In this document: positions 18,292 to 29,300 of the stretch, in pieces | How positions within the stretch are numbered: position 1 is the stretch's first letter | Layout of the letters: every line of letters starts with the position of its first letter | Source of the DNA: Candidatus Nomurabacteria bacterium | Lineage (GTDB): Bacteria > Patescibacteriota > Dojkabacteria > SC72 > JAHDCA01 | NCBI GenBank assembly: GCA_020632395.1 | Contig: JACKFQ010000001.1 | Span: 313,900 to 377,899 of the forward strand | Reading direction: 5' to 3' | Length of the DNA stretch: 64,000 nucleotides | Notes under the pieces: model-generated | Told to the model about the DNA's origin: nothing | Seen by the model: only the letters and a program-made list of their open reading frames with translations | The model's database searches: none | Made by a program: the position numbers and the translations under genes

Positions 18292-21002
18292 TGAACAGAG
18301 CGAACATCCAATCGAACAAAACAACGATCCTGGGATATCACGATAAAAGTGAGAATTCATATACACTGATCAGCGATGAACTTCCGATACTCCTAGATGA
18401 GACTTATGCTCCTTTTCTCATAACCACAGATTATCATTACACTATCAAAACGAAGGATCTATCTACATTGATAAACACATATCAAAAGATAGAAAAGTTC
18501 GATAAATACAAATCTCTCTTAGCACAGGCATTAATACTACCAGGTCTCATCGTGTCTGTTCTTTTTATGTTTACTACGTTTAGATTGCTACCCGAGGTAT
18601 CTTTCATAACTGCTATTGTTGGCAGTAAGGTTGCCAGTATTACTTTCTGGTTATCCATATTAGGTGTGATCGTTCTATGGCATGAATACTATCGCAACAA
18701 AAGCCATCCTATCAAGATCCCCCAATCTGAAGACTTTGACGAGAAAAATCTCGTCGAGATAACCACAAAAGGGGTCGAATTTGAGAAATACAGTATGCTG
18801 AAGGCTCTGTATTTTTTAGGTCAAAGGAGTCAACAACTTCTTGTTGATTTCACTAGTAACAATGGGCTCGATTCTATGGAATTATTCAAAACTTTGGTAT
18901 CACATCCAGATGTGATAGAAATGGTAACCAGATCAGATCTAGATCTTTCCTTAGACCAATTAGACACTTATGGAATAAATGCAGAATCCATGCCTAGCTA
19001 TCCATTACCTGCACTACGAAGCATCATGTTATATGCACTGAATGAAGCTATCCTTTCGGGGGCAGATAATATCAAACCTATACATATCTTCCTATCGTAC
19101 ATGAGAGTGTTCCCGATATTAAAGAAGTATCTCAAGGACAAGAATTCATCACACGAGATCCTCCAGCAGGTAGCTTATTACATGTTCTCAAAGGAAAAAA
19201 GCATTCGCTCTGTAAATCAATTCAATGTAAATTTCCCATACTTCAAAACCGGTGGTATAGCCCGAGAATGGATCTACGGTTATACATTCTTCCTAAACAA
19301 ATTCACCAAAGATCTGAATCAAAAGATGGCTTTCGAACAAAACAAATTTGGTATAGGACATGATAGGGAAGTAAACGAACTAGTTTCTGTGGTTGGTAGA
19401 CTATCCAAAAACAATGCCCTGTTGATCGGCGAACCCGGAGTAGGGAAGTCCAGCATCATCAAAGGTCTTGCCCAAAAGATAAATCGAGGGAACGTCCCCC
19501 CACAACTCCTGAATAAAAGGATCACGCAACTGGATCTCAACACACTCATAGCAATATCTGGCAAAGATCAGAACCTCGAGGCATTGGTTGGCAAAGCTAT
19601 GGGGGAATTGGAGAGAGCAGGAAACACAATTTTATACATTGACGAAATACAGCAGATCATACCTACACAATCCCAGGAAAGTGGTCAGAATATCGCGGGT
19701 ATACTTCTACCCTTCATTATCGACGGAAAGTTCCCGATAGTAGGGTCTATCAATTATCGTGACTACAAAAAGGCTTTTTACGATAACGAGTCGTTGAAGA
19801 ATAGTTTCGAACCGATCGAGGTGTCTGAGCTTACAGCATCAGATACCATGAAGATCATGCAGACAAAGATCGAGCTACTGGAAAAGAATTACGGACTGTA
19901 TGTGACTTTCCCTGCGCTCACTACAGCGATCGAACTCGCTCAAAGATACATAGTGGACAGAAGATTACCTGATAGTGCTGTAAATGTCATAGAGGCAGCT
20001 TGCGCATGGGCTCAGGCTTCTGGGATCAAGAAATTAACCAGTGCGGAAGTAGCACGATCCGTTGCGATGCAGATAAATATCCCTGTTGATGATATCACAG
20101 TAGAGGAAGCAACAAACCTCATGAATCTCGAATCGAACATGACCAAACAGGTCATAGGACAGGATGAAGCTGTACATTCAGTGGTCGAATCCCTTAAACG
20201 TGCTAGGACAGATATAAGGGATCCCAACAAGCCTATTGGAGTATTCCTCTTTCTAGGCCCCACAGGAACCGGTAAGACTCATCTCTCCAAGGTCTTAGCC
20301 AAGGAGTACTTCGGATCTACCGAACAGTTCATTCGTCTTGATATGTCTGAATACCAAGAGATAAATTCCATTAGCAAGATCTTGGGTTCTAACCAAGAAG
20401 ATGCACGTTCTTCGATAACACTCTTAGACAAGATCAAACAGCAACCATTTTCTGTTATCTTATTCGATGAGATCGAAAAGGCTCATCCACAGGTATTGGA
20501 TCTCTTCCTTCAACTATTTGACGATGGTAGATTGACAAATTCGTTTGGAGAGACGATAGATTTTACAAATTCAATAATCATTTGTACCAGTAATATTGGA
20601 AGCAGGCAGATCATCGATGCTCTTGAGCGAGATGGTTCTATGTGGGAGGAAGCAAAGCAGAGTGCATTATTAGAGTTGAGGGGAGCCTTACGACCAGAGC
20701 TGATAAATAGGTTCGATAAATTGATCATGTTCGCACCACATGGTATCGAAAATCTAGTTCAGATCTCTAAGTTACTGCTAGACGATCTGGCGATCAGGTT
20801 ACAAAACCGAGGTATCTCGATCGTTTGGGAGGAATCGATCCCCATGTTGATAGCAAATAACGCCCAAGAGCCAGGGATGGGTGCTCGACCGTTGCGACGG
20901 TTCATACAGGATAGGATCGAAGCAAAAGTTGCTGATGAAATACTTTCAACTGGGCTAACTGCTGGTGATACGGTGCAGATCAAAGAGAGCTGGTTAGCAT
21001 AA
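18291..21002 (+). CDS. Clp/Hsp100-family two-NBD AAA+ ATPase (ClpA/B/C-like) with an atypical N-terminal membrane domain
   Basis: NBD1 Walker A GEPGVGKSSIIKGLAQKI and Walker B ILYIDEIQ. NBD2 Walker A GPTGTGKTHLSKVLA, Walker B ILFDEIEKAHP, sensor GARPLRR. The first ~350 aa contain several hydrophobic TM segments instead of a Clp N-domain. The likely start is the ATG at 18291, since the ORF call from 18231 overlaps the upstream gene. Confidence 0.8.
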   Translation: MNRANIQSNKTTILGYHDKSENSYTLISDELPILLDETYAPFLITTDYHYTIKTKDLSTLINTYQKIEKFDKYKSLLAQALILPGLIVSVLFMFTTFRLLPEVSFITAIVGSKVASITFWLSILGVIVLWHEYYRNKSHPIKIPQSEDFDEKNLVEITTKGVEFEKYSMLKALYFLGQRSQQLLVDFTSNNGLDSMELFKTLVSHPDVIEMVTRSDLDLSLDQLDTYGINAESMPSYPLPALRSIMLYALNEAILSGADNIKPIHIFLSYMRVFPILKKYLKDKNSSHEILQQVAYYMFSKEKSIRSVNQFNVNFPYFKTGGIAREWIYGYTFFLNKFTKDLNQKMAFEQNKFGIGHDREVNELVSVVGRLSKNNALLIGEPGVGKSSIIKGLAQKINRGNVPPQLLNKRITQLDLNTLIAISGKDQNLEALVGKAMGELERAGNTILYIDEIQQIIPTQSQESGQNIAGILLPFIIDGKFPIVGSINYRDYKKAFYDNESLKNSFEPIEVSELTASDTMKIMQTKIELLEKNYGLYVTFPALTTAIELAQRYIVDRRLPDSAVNVIEAACAWAQASGIKKLTSAEVARSVAMQINIPVDDITVEEATNLMNLESNMTKQVIGQDEAVHSVVESLKRARTDIRDPNKPIGVFLFLGPTGTGKTHLSKVLAKEYFGSTEQFIRLDMSEYQEINSISKILGSNQEDARSSITLLDKIKQQPFSVILFDEIEKAHPQVLDLFLQLFDDGRLTNSFGETIDFTNSIIICTSNIGSRQIIDALERDGSMWEEAKQSALLELRGALRPELINRFDKLIMFAPHGIENLVQISKLLLDDLAIRLQNRGISIVWEESIPMLIANNAQEPGMGARPLRRFIQDRIEAKVADEILSTGLTAGDTVQIKESWLA

Positions 21003-21081
21003 AATCATACATTCACTTGCAACTCTATCTTCATTGCAATATAATTCGCAGAGTTAAAGGATAATCTGATACGACCCGAAC

Positions 21082-21258
21082 ATGGGAGCGCAACCAAAAA
21101 GAAAGATCTCAAAAGCTCGAAAGGGAAGGAGAAGATCTCATAACGCACTCGAAAAGCCTGCGGTGGTGACATGTCCAAAGTGTGGGAAGACAAAGCGACC
21201 CCACTTCGAGTGTGAATTCTGCGGACATTACGGACCAAAGCCTGCAGATAAGAAATAA
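21082..21258 (+). CDS. rpmF: 50S ribosomal protein L32 (bL32)
   Basis: 58 aa, below the ORF-track cutoff. MGAQPKRKISKARKGRRRSHNAL...CPKCGKTKRPHFECEFCGHYG matches the L32 N-terminal basic motif and zinc ribbon. Confidence 0.85.
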   Translation: MGAQPKRKISKARKGRRRSHNALEKPAVVTCPKCGKTKRPHFECEFCGHYGPKPADKK

Positions 21259-21286
21259 AACTTAGCTTTTCTAAACGAACTGCCAG

Positions 21287-21730
21287 ATGAAGAACCCTGA
21301 CGATCCGAGACATGCAGCAAGGATAGTTGCTCTACAGCAACTTTTCCTTGAGAATTATTCAGAATCAGAAGGCACTCCGACAGAGGATTTCGAGATCTCA
21401 GATTATCTATCAGTTGATGAACTAGAGGGGCTCGATGAAGAGCTTTACAGATCCCTTCTAGATGGGATACATGCCTCGACAGATCAAACATTTGAGATCA
21501 TTTCGAAGTATGCACCCCAGTGGCCTATCGAACAGATAAAAAAGGTCGATCTACAGATCTTGAGGATCGCGATCTTTGAAGGATTCATCGGAAAGCTTAC
21601 ACCTCCAAAGGTGGCGATCGATGAGGCTATAGAACTAGCCAAAGAGTTCGGTGGTCAAGCCAGTGACAAATTTGTCAATGGAGTCCTTGGTGCGCTATAT
21701 GAAGAGCACAAGGGCAAAAGATCAAATTAA
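21287..21730 (+). CDS. nusB: Transcription antitermination factor NusB
   Basis: 147 aa. RHAARIVALQQLF ... PKVAIDEAIELAKEFGGQASDKFVNGVLG matches conserved NusB blocks. Confidence 0.8.
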   Translation: MKNPDDPRHAARIVALQQLFLENYSESEGTPTEDFEISDYLSVDELEGLDEELYRSLLDGIHASTDQTFEIISKYAPQWPIEQIKKVDLQILRIAIFEGFIGKLTPPKVAIDEAIELAKEFGGQASDKFVNGVLGALYEEHKGKRSN

Positions 21731-21741
21731 CAGAGACTATC

Positions 21742-22461
21742 ATGAATAAGAGAGAGTTAACTGCTTTTGCTAACAAGATCGGCATCGAGTTCAATGACCT
21801 TGATAAATTCAAGACTGCCTTGACTCATAGATCTTACCTTAACGAGATAGACGATTCGGATCAAAGGCATAATGAAAGGCTAGAGTTTCTGGGAGATGCA
21901 GTCCTTGAACTGATCGTGTCAGAGTATCTTTTCGAAACATATACAGACAGACCTGAAGGCGAGCTAACAAGCTTTCGCGCCGCAACTGTAAAGACAGAAA
22001 GTTTAGCCGCTGCAAGTAGAGAGATGGGAGTAGGAGATCATCTCATGATGTCGAAGGGTGAGGAATCTACCGGAGGTCGGGATAAGGATTACCTTTTAGC
22101 AAATGCTTTTGAAGCGATACTTGGGTCTATATATGTCGATCAAGGCTATCAGAAATGTAAGGAATTTGTGGTACGCTGGCTTCTCCACAAGATCGATAAT
22201 ATCGTTGAGAATCGTCTTGATATCGACGCTAAAACTAAGTTCCAGGAGCTTGCTCAAAGTCTTTTCAGATCTACACCCATATATAAAGTTCTAAATGAAG
22301 AAGGTCCCGATCATGAAAAGATCTTTACGATGGCAGTAGTAGTGGATGGTCAAGTTTTTGGAGAGGGTGTAGGAACGAGTAAGCAGAAAGCAGAAGAGCA
22401 AGCTGCCGCCCATGCCATACAACAACTCCATAAAAAGCGCAAAATCGCGAGGATAGCTTGA
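21742..22461 (+). CDS. rnc: Ribonuclease III
   Basis: The RNase III signature ERLEFLGDAVLELIVSEYLF is present. A C-terminal dsRBD (GPDHEKIFTMAVVVDGQVFGEGVGTSKQKAEEQAA) follows. Confidence 0.95.
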   Translation: MNKRELTAFANKIGIEFNDLDKFKTALTHRSYLNEIDDSDQRHNERLEFLGDAVLELIVSEYLFETYTDRPEGELTSFRAATVKTESLAAASREMGVGDHLMMSKGEESTGGRDKDYLLANAFEAILGSIYVDQGYQKCKEFVVRWLLHKIDNIVENRLDIDAKTKFQELAQSLFRSTPIYKVLNEEGPDHEKIFTMAVVVDGQVFGEGVGTSKQKAEEQAAAHAIQQLHKKRKIARIA

Positions 22462-22521
22462 TTATGCTAAGAGGTTCTGATACAATCACTACGCTTGTAA
22501 CTTCATATTTTCTAATTCAAG

Positions 22522-22824
22522 ATGCTCAAAATTAGACTCAAAAGAACCGGACGCAAGATGCAACCTCACTATCGATTAGTAGTTGCTGAAGCACACAGAT
22601 CAAGGAACAGTAAATCTGTTGCTGAGATCGGGTATTACAACCCTAGAACCCAACCAAGTACATTTAAGTACGAAGCGGAAGAGGTTAAAAAATGGCTCGC
22701 TAGTGGAGCCCAACCGACCAAAACTGTAGAACAGCTTCTCGTCAAAGAAGGCATACTAAAAGAGATCAAGAAGGGTTCAAAGCAATCTCAACCAAAGACA
22801 AAAAAGAAAGAGGCAAGTGAGTGA
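22522..22824 (+). CDS. rpsP: 30S ribosomal protein S16 (bS16)
   Basis: MLKIRLKRTGRKMQPHYRLVVAEAHRSRNSKSVAEIGYYNP is the canonical S16 N-terminus. It has a Lys-rich tail. Confidence 0.9.
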   Translation: MLKIRLKRTGRKMQPHYRLVVAEAHRSRNSKSVAEIGYYNPRTQPSTFKYEAEEVKKWLASGAQPTKTVEQLLVKEGILKEIKKGSKQSQPKTKKKEASE

Positions 22825-22859
22825 TCGTAAATACTTATTAAATTGATCAAATAATCAAA

Positions 22860-23243
22860 ATGAAGCAATTACTAGAAACAATCGTACGCGGAATAGTAAA
22901 CAACCCCAACGAAGTATCCGTAGAAGAAAGAGAAAGCGTAGATTTTCCTGGATTAACAATTCTAGAGATCACCGTATCAGATAGTGACAAGGGTATACTT
23001 ATCGGAAGAAAAGGTCGAACCATAAACGCTATCCGAGATCTTATGACTATCAGTGCGATAAGAAATGATAAGAAGATCAAGGTATTGGTAAAAGATGACC
23101 GAGATGCACCTCCTGTAGCTGTTTCAAAGGAGCCTGAGAGTAAAACAACCGAAGATTCTGAGCCTAATTACAATATTATCGATGAAAATACCTCAAACAC
23201 AGATGGCCAGGGTACAGAAGATATCCTCAGAGACGAGTTCTGA
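22860..23243 (+). CDS. KH-domain RNA-binding protein (YlqC/UPF0109-like) downstream of rpsP
   Basis: LTILEITVSDSDKGILIGRKGRTINAIRDL is a KH GXXG loop. The position after rpsP is conserved. Confidence 0.7.
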   Translation: MKQLLETIVRGIVNNPNEVSVEERESVDFPGLTILEITVSDSDKGILIGRKGRTINAIRDLMTISAIRNDKKIKVLVKDDRDAPPVAVSKEPESKTTEDSEPNYNIIDENTSNTDGQGTEDILRDEF

Positions 23244-23271
23244 ACTTTCCAGTATTTCACCAAGAGAACAC

Positions 23272-23298
23272 CCCCCGACTTATGTCGGGGTTTTGTTT
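23272..23298 (+). terminator. Rho-independent terminator after the rpsP-KH operon
   Basis: CCCCGAC-TTAT-GTCGGGG followed by TTTTG. Confidence 0.55.
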
Positions 23299-23584
23299 AT
23301 GGTTCAGCTTCTATTTTGCATAACTCTTGTTGCCATAGGTACTTGCCATTGCGATAGTTGTATATATCGTGTTGCATAGCTGTTGTTGTACTGCTATTTG
23401 CTGTTGATCTTATGGTATAACTATTTGTCATTGCGAGAACTGTATTTCTATTTCTCGTTGTTATGATAGGGATCATAACTGTATGAGTAAACTCCAAAAG
23501 ATCTTAGCAGTACAAAAAGTCAGCTACATCAGTCTGCTCGACCATGAAGTAAAACGTGATGTTTTTATATGAATAGGTGAAAGT

Positions 23585-24340
23585 TTACTCGGTACTTTCG
23601 AGGATAGTATTCTTATACTCGAAGATCGTGAGCAGATCTGAGTTCTTTGTGTAAGGAACTATCTTATTTGTGATATCTGCCAATGAAACATCTGCTTCCT
23701 GATTGATAAAATAACCTGTGATGTTAAGTTCTATCAGCCATAGATCACTTGTGATCCTTCCTGTTTCAGTAGTATCCTTCCCGCTTAATTCAAGATTTGT
23801 TGCCTGTATCATATATGGCGACTTCTGTTGTAGCTGATCGAGAAACTCTACGATCTGTGAGAACGAACCTTCATATACGATCGGTCCTGTGATACCGCTT
23901 ACATATGAACCAAAGTTCTGTCCGGAAGCAGCCCCTTGCTCATCGGTGGACTTGGATGTATTTGCTTGTGTGATCTCTTTGAATTCCAATCCTGAATCAC
24001 GAGCCAATTTGTCAACATAATAAGAGAAATCTGCGACCTCGAGTTGACGAGGAATTATCTTTTGAGTTTTCCTTAAGTCTTTCTGGAGTTGTACCTTGTC
24101 ATCTATCAATGGTTGGAGGGCATCCAAATTATCCCGGAGAAGTTTTTGACGCTGTTGTACATCTTTGATCTCACCACGCAACTTATTAGCTTCGGTGATA
24201 CTCGGAACATATACAAAAAGGGTCAGAAGCAAAAGTATCAGACCAAAAAGTCCTGGGATGAGAAGATCTTTTACCGTAAGACCTTTCATTTTTGCCTTTG
24301 TTTGACCTGTATCAGATTTTCGTTGTTTAAATATTGCCAT
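23585..24340 (-). CDS. pilO: Type IV pilus assembly protein PilO-like
   Basis: 251 aa. Single N-terminal TM, coiled-coil (KLRGEIKDVQQRQKLLRDNLDALQ), and a periplasmic-like domain. Located in the pilMNO order. Confidence 0.55.
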   Translation of the reverse strand: MAIFKQRKSDTGQTKAKMKGLTVKDLLIPGLFGLILLLLTLFVYVPSITEANKLRGEIKDVQQRQKLLRDNLDALQPLIDDKVQLQKDLRKTQKIIPRQLEVADFSYYVDKLARDSGLEFKEITQANTSKSTDEQGAASGQNFGSYVSGITGPIVYEGSFSQIVEFLDQLQQKSPYMIQATNLELSGKDTTETGRITSDLWLIELNITGYFINQEADVSLADITNKIVPYTKNSDLLTIFEYKNTILESTE

Positions 24341-25128
24341 CAGTTATTTTGTTCCCCAGAGATTAGAGCATTTTCTTTTGCCAGGAAATAATCAAAATCT
24401 AACTCCCCCTCGAAATTGAATCTAGCAATGTCTTTTGATTTCGACATTGATTCCAAGTTCATGTTCTGGATCTTTTCATCAACAGTCAAGATATGCCATA
24501 GAAATGAGATCTCTGTAAGTGAACCTGTGCTACCAGTGACAGAGAATCGAAGCCCATTGTTCAACTCTATACTTTTCACATCACCATAACCTTGCAGTAG
24601 ATCCTCCCAATATAATAGAACTTCTTTTGGTGAAAAGGTGGTTTCTTGAATCTCTTTATACAGATCAAAGCGTTGTAAAATCTCCTTGTTTGCTTTTATA
24701 ACGTCTGAATTACTGAGGAGTTCCTGTTCTAAGGCATTTAATTCCTTTTTGTCGTTATTAAGACTGATCTTTGTGAGGACGTTGTAACCTAATATCCCTA
24801 TCGTAAGCAGTACCAGAAAAAGTATCGCAAAGGCACTAAATAAATTGAATGATGTTTTCTTCTGCTCAAAGTCGAGTTGCTGTTCGGTCATCGTGGGGAT
24901 GAGATTTATTCCTCCTTCGGCACGAAGATTTGGATAGCTCTCATTCTCAAATGACTTAGCCTTTGCTCTCTCTTTCAATACATTTGCCCCCTCAGAAACA
25001 GTAGGGTCAGAGTTATCAAATGTACTAAGTTCTCCCACCGCGACAGCATTATTCTCGGCACTTCCATCATCAGACGGAGGTGCTGAAGGTGCTGGATTGA
25101 TCTGGTTGTTAATTTGGTCTTGTGCCAT
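24340..25128 (-). CDS. pilN: Type IV pilus assembly protein PilN-like
   Basis: Conserved INLIP motif (GGINLIPTMTEQQ) before the TM segment. Coiled-coil periplasmic region. Confidence 0.6.
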   Translation of the reverse strand: MAQDQINNQINPAPSAPPSDDGSAENNAVAVGELSTFDNSDPTVSEGANVLKERAKAKSFENESYPNLRAEGGINLIPTMTEQQLDFEQKKTSFNLFSAFAILFLVLLTIGILGYNVLTKISLNNDKKELNALEQELLSNSDVIKANKEILQRFDLYKEIQETTFSPKEVLLYWEDLLQGYGDVKSIELNNGLRFSVTGSTGSLTEISFLWHILTVDEKIQNMNLESMSKSKDIARFNFEGELDFDYFLAKENALISGEQNN

Positions 25129-26162
25129 TATTCATCCTTGAGAGCCAAACCTATTGCTACAGAAAATGATGGCTTACTTCTCGATATAATTTCTTGGAAT
25201 TTTTTCGGGATATCGATATTTGTCCAAGGATCTGCGATCTCAGTATTCACTGACAATTTGGCAGATATATAATCAGCAAGCCCGGGTAATAGTGCACCGT
25301 CACCATTTAATAAATACCGTGTCGGTGCAGGCATCAATGTTTTTGATTTATAAAATTCAATACCTCTACGTACCTCAGTAAGTATAGAATCCATAATAGG
25401 ACTCATTGCTGCTGCTACCTTTCCTTCAAGAACATCCGGAACCAAACCGTAATTCCTTTTATACTCTTCAGCTTGAACATATTCGAAATTGAATTGATTT
25501 ATTATCGCTTGGGTCAAGGAGTCAGAACCGATCGAAATGCTCTGGGAAAACACTAAATATCCCTCACTCATGACACTCATATCTGTAGTCTCCGCTCCGA
25601 AATCCAACATGACCATATGCCTATCTTTAACTGCACGATACATAGCTCTGCCCATCGCAATTGATTCCGTTTCTATAGCTATCGGATCTAGTCCAGCTTT
25701 ATCTGCTACTGCACTGTATGTTTCAACGATCTTGACTGGTGCTGCTACGAGGAGGATCCTCGGAGCATTTTTCTCCTGGTTGAAACCTATCTTGATAAAA
25801 CTCATTTGTACTTCTTCTATTGGGATAGGAATATACTGCTTTGCTTCATAAAACACAGCACTCTGGACTTCATCATCCTTGATACCCGGGAGTTCTAAGA
25901 ACCTAGTGAACACAGCAGATTCTGGGATAGCAAGAACAACGCTGTTATTCTTGATATTTGAAGCAGAGTAAAGCTCTTTTAAAGCTGCAGCGAGCTGTTT
26001 CTGATGTTCGACATCAGTACTGTTTATAACTCCGTGGGGTGTTGGCTGACTACCGAAATTGATCAGACTAGGCTTATCAGACCCTATATTCTTCAGTTCG
26101 ACAGCCTTTACAGAGTGATTTCCGAAATCTATACCTACATGACTTGGTAAAATGGCCATCAA
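25128..26162 (-). CDS. pilM: Type IV pilus assembly protein PilM (actin-like ATPase fold)
   Basis: 344 aa. VGIDFGNHSVKAVEL and MVMLDFGAETTDMSV actin-like phosphate motifs. Overlapping start/stop with pilN. Confidence 0.8.
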   Translation of the reverse strand: MMAILPSHVGIDFGNHSVKAVELKNIGSDKPSLINFGSQPTPHGVINSTDVEHQKQLAAALKELYSASNIKNNSVVLAIPESAVFTRFLELPGIKDDEVQSAVFYEAKQYIPIPIEEVQMSFIKIGFNQEKNAPRILLVAAPVKIVETYSAVADKAGLDPIAIETESIAMGRAMYRAVKDRHMVMLDFGAETTDMSVMSEGYLVFSQSISIGSDSLTQAIINQFNFEYVQAEEYKRNYGLVPDVLEGKVAAAMSPIMDSILTEVRRGIEFYKSKTLMPAPTRYLLNGDGALLPGLADYISAKLSVNTEIADPWTNIDIPKKFQEIISRSKPSFSVAIGLALKDE

Positions 26163-26319
26163 AGGGCAGTTAATAAATTATTCATCGAGAAGCGTTCTAC
26201 CTTGTAAGAGACGCTCTAAATACAAAATATCGAGTTACTATTTAATGATCGAGTATTTGTAGACTCTCTCAAGATATTAATAACAAAGATGATTATAGAA
26301 GTCAAAACTTATAATCAAA

Positions 26320-29300
26320 TCACTTGAATCCTATATCGGTAGAATACGAATATTGATACATTCCGAAGGCATCCTTGACCATCTCATAATATCTTGGATC
26401 TCCATGAATAACTAATGTGGGAAAACGGTTATTGAGTACAAGTCGTAAAGTTCGATAATTCTCTATCGCTGAAGTAGCTCTATTAACTCCTGTTTCGCCC
26501 TTTGCTATCAGAGCACCTCTGACATGCAGAGCATCGTTCACATTTGATGATCCTGGAATCGTTGGATTGGTATTATCCTCTTGAATTGTGATCTTTCCAT
26601 CGGTCAGGAAGAAACCTTCTAACAGATCGTATATAGGATAGCAATCCGTATCCGTTAGATCTGTTCGACAAATTTCTGGGGGCATAAGCATAGGTGATTG
26701 TCTTAAATTCCCTGATTCGATACTAATACTCGATCTCACGATGAATAAACACCCGTTACTTATCGATCCTCTGCGTACCAGATCAGGATTGACTGTAAGA
26801 TTACCAGGTACAAATATTATTGTAGGTCGATTGCAGGTGAATCCAGGTTGAAATTCTACATTTGATGTCGAATAAAAATCAACAGGTCTAAACACACAGT
26901 ACTTGTAATTATCTGGACATTGAGATGGTGAGATCGTTCCAAAAGAAAGCGGTGTTGAGGAATTGTTGGATATTTGCACATTGTTCTGATATGTCATCTC
27001 AAAGAACTTTTCTTCACCGAGTGCATCAGAACGTGACTTTACTTCACGATACAGTTCAACGAGATCCTTATATTGAGGGTCAGCATTTCTATCTTGACTT
27101 GCAGGGTAATCTCTCTTTATAAATCCAGAGTATAAATAATCTTCAACCCCATTGAGAGTACTATTCCCTGCCATCAACAACCCAGAACTTATCTTTATAT
27201 CGTCGAGAGATACTGATGCATCATCACGAGGAAAAAAAACCTGTATACGAAATGGATCCTCAAATAGATCTGCTTGTGGAGTCAATTTCGATTGACTACC
27301 AGTATAAGGTGAGATCGGATACATATTCAGATCATAACCACCTGATGAGTATACATTGCCTCCTCTGGTCACAACCCATGTTTCTCCAATATCCTGGCTC
27401 AAACATGACCCATCTTCTGGAGTATATCCTTGATTATCACTACTATAACTATTCTCACCATTACATCTAGAGAAGTTGCATGCATTGTCTAAAGCACCGC
27501 CATAAAAACCTAGTGATCCCTCATTGAGATCGAGCAGATCTATCTTTTCTACAATACTTTCATGATAATTTGAGTCTGCATATAGGTGAGTGTCCCCATG
27601 ATTTAATAGATCAATGAGATTGGGTACAAAATTGTATTCTCTTTCATGACCAAGTGTTATATTTCCTATGACCGAAGGAGGAGGTGGGGGAGAGAAGTAT
27701 GAATCTAAAACCACTTTCTTGAAACCACTTTGATTTGACAAGATTGGTTCTTTAGCATTCCAAGTAAAATTGATCTCTTGTGAACCAGCAACTACAAGAT
27801 CACTCATCGTAAATACAGGAGGGGTAAAGTCTACTTTGAGGCTATATTGATCATCTGGTATGACATTCCAATCTGGCACAACCCTGTGTTGTAGTATGTT
27901 TGATGCAGAAAAACCAAATTCATCACCAACAGCAAAAGCTATCGAGTACTCATCATTCGGGATACTTCGATAGTCATCTATTGTGTATGCCCCAGTAATG
28001 TCATGATTCAACTCATGCAGAAGGATCAGTTTGAAATTCAGTGTAGCATCATTACCATTTTCACTTATACTGACATTTCTAATTATTGCTATCGGATTAC
28101 CATCTGGATCTAAGATCCTGACATTATAACCGTTATTTGTAGCATCGATATTTTGAGTTCCATCATTTGGCCTCCACCATATCAACGGATTCGCTTGATC
28201 TGGTTGATATCTTGGAATAAAGATATGATTCCATACATTCTGATTTCTTGACCTCTCAACCAAAAACCCAAACTCTTTACTTTCGGGCGAACTCCCAGGC
28301 GTACCACCTACTGCTAGATCCTTTATCGTAGGGGGATTACCATCTGCAGAAAACCAAACCGAGATGGTCTCGATATTGGATGCTCCGTTAACATCTGAAA
28401 CGGTAACCGAGTATTCGAGCTCATCATTCAATCTAGTGCTTGACCAATTGGTTGTACAACCAAGGAAGGCTTCATTTCTATCCGTTAGGTCGTCGAAATC
28501 TACAAATTCAGGGTATGTATTTACAAGATAACGCCCTGTTATCCATCCATCTGAAGAGTTATGACTATACGTACAGGTATTGTCACATTTATCAACAAAC
28601 CTATATTCACTCCAATTACCACCTTGTGCTCCTTGCGTTAGGACTTCATATATCGAGTAACCGGACGGTTGGATAATGGATGTAGATTGCATACCAGAAG
28701 GTGAATTATCGCAAGGAGAAGAAGAACAGAAATCTTCTAACTGATTTGGTGGTCTCCAGGGATTAACATCAACCGGATCATCCCAATCGTATTCTCCGAT
28801 ATTATTAAAACACATATAATATTTTACAGCTCTAGCACCAGTAGAGTCCCCAGGATAATCTGGGATCGAAACACTTGCTGTTTCGCCATTAGATGCTAGT
28901 GGCATAGGTATAAGTGTTGGATTGGAAGTTAACGGTATACTATATCCAGCTACAGTCATGGTCACTTGAGTAGGTGACTCTGGTGTCAAAATATTCGTTT
29001 CGGGGTAATAGCACATAGAAGTACCAGTATTTGTATGAATGTTCCCACACTCTGTAGTACATGTACAACTCTCAGTGCCTGCTGTGCAAAGCGGGCCAGT
29101 TGCAGTAAGTGAAGTACCAGGAACACAAGCGTAATTTGAGCAGGAACAGCTGTCATTACAACCGCCGCCACCGCCTCCACCAGTATTACCACAACCAGCA
29201 GGGCATGAAGGATAATCAGATTCAGGAGGGATACATCCCTCAGGATTATGATACTGCCAACCGCCCACCTCACACCAACAACCCATTCCTTCTGGTGTGT

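Noticed and set aside
21005-21313. 102 aa minus-strand ORF
   Set aside because: It overlaps the clearly recognisable rpmF (L32) gene on the opposite strand. It has no motif support.
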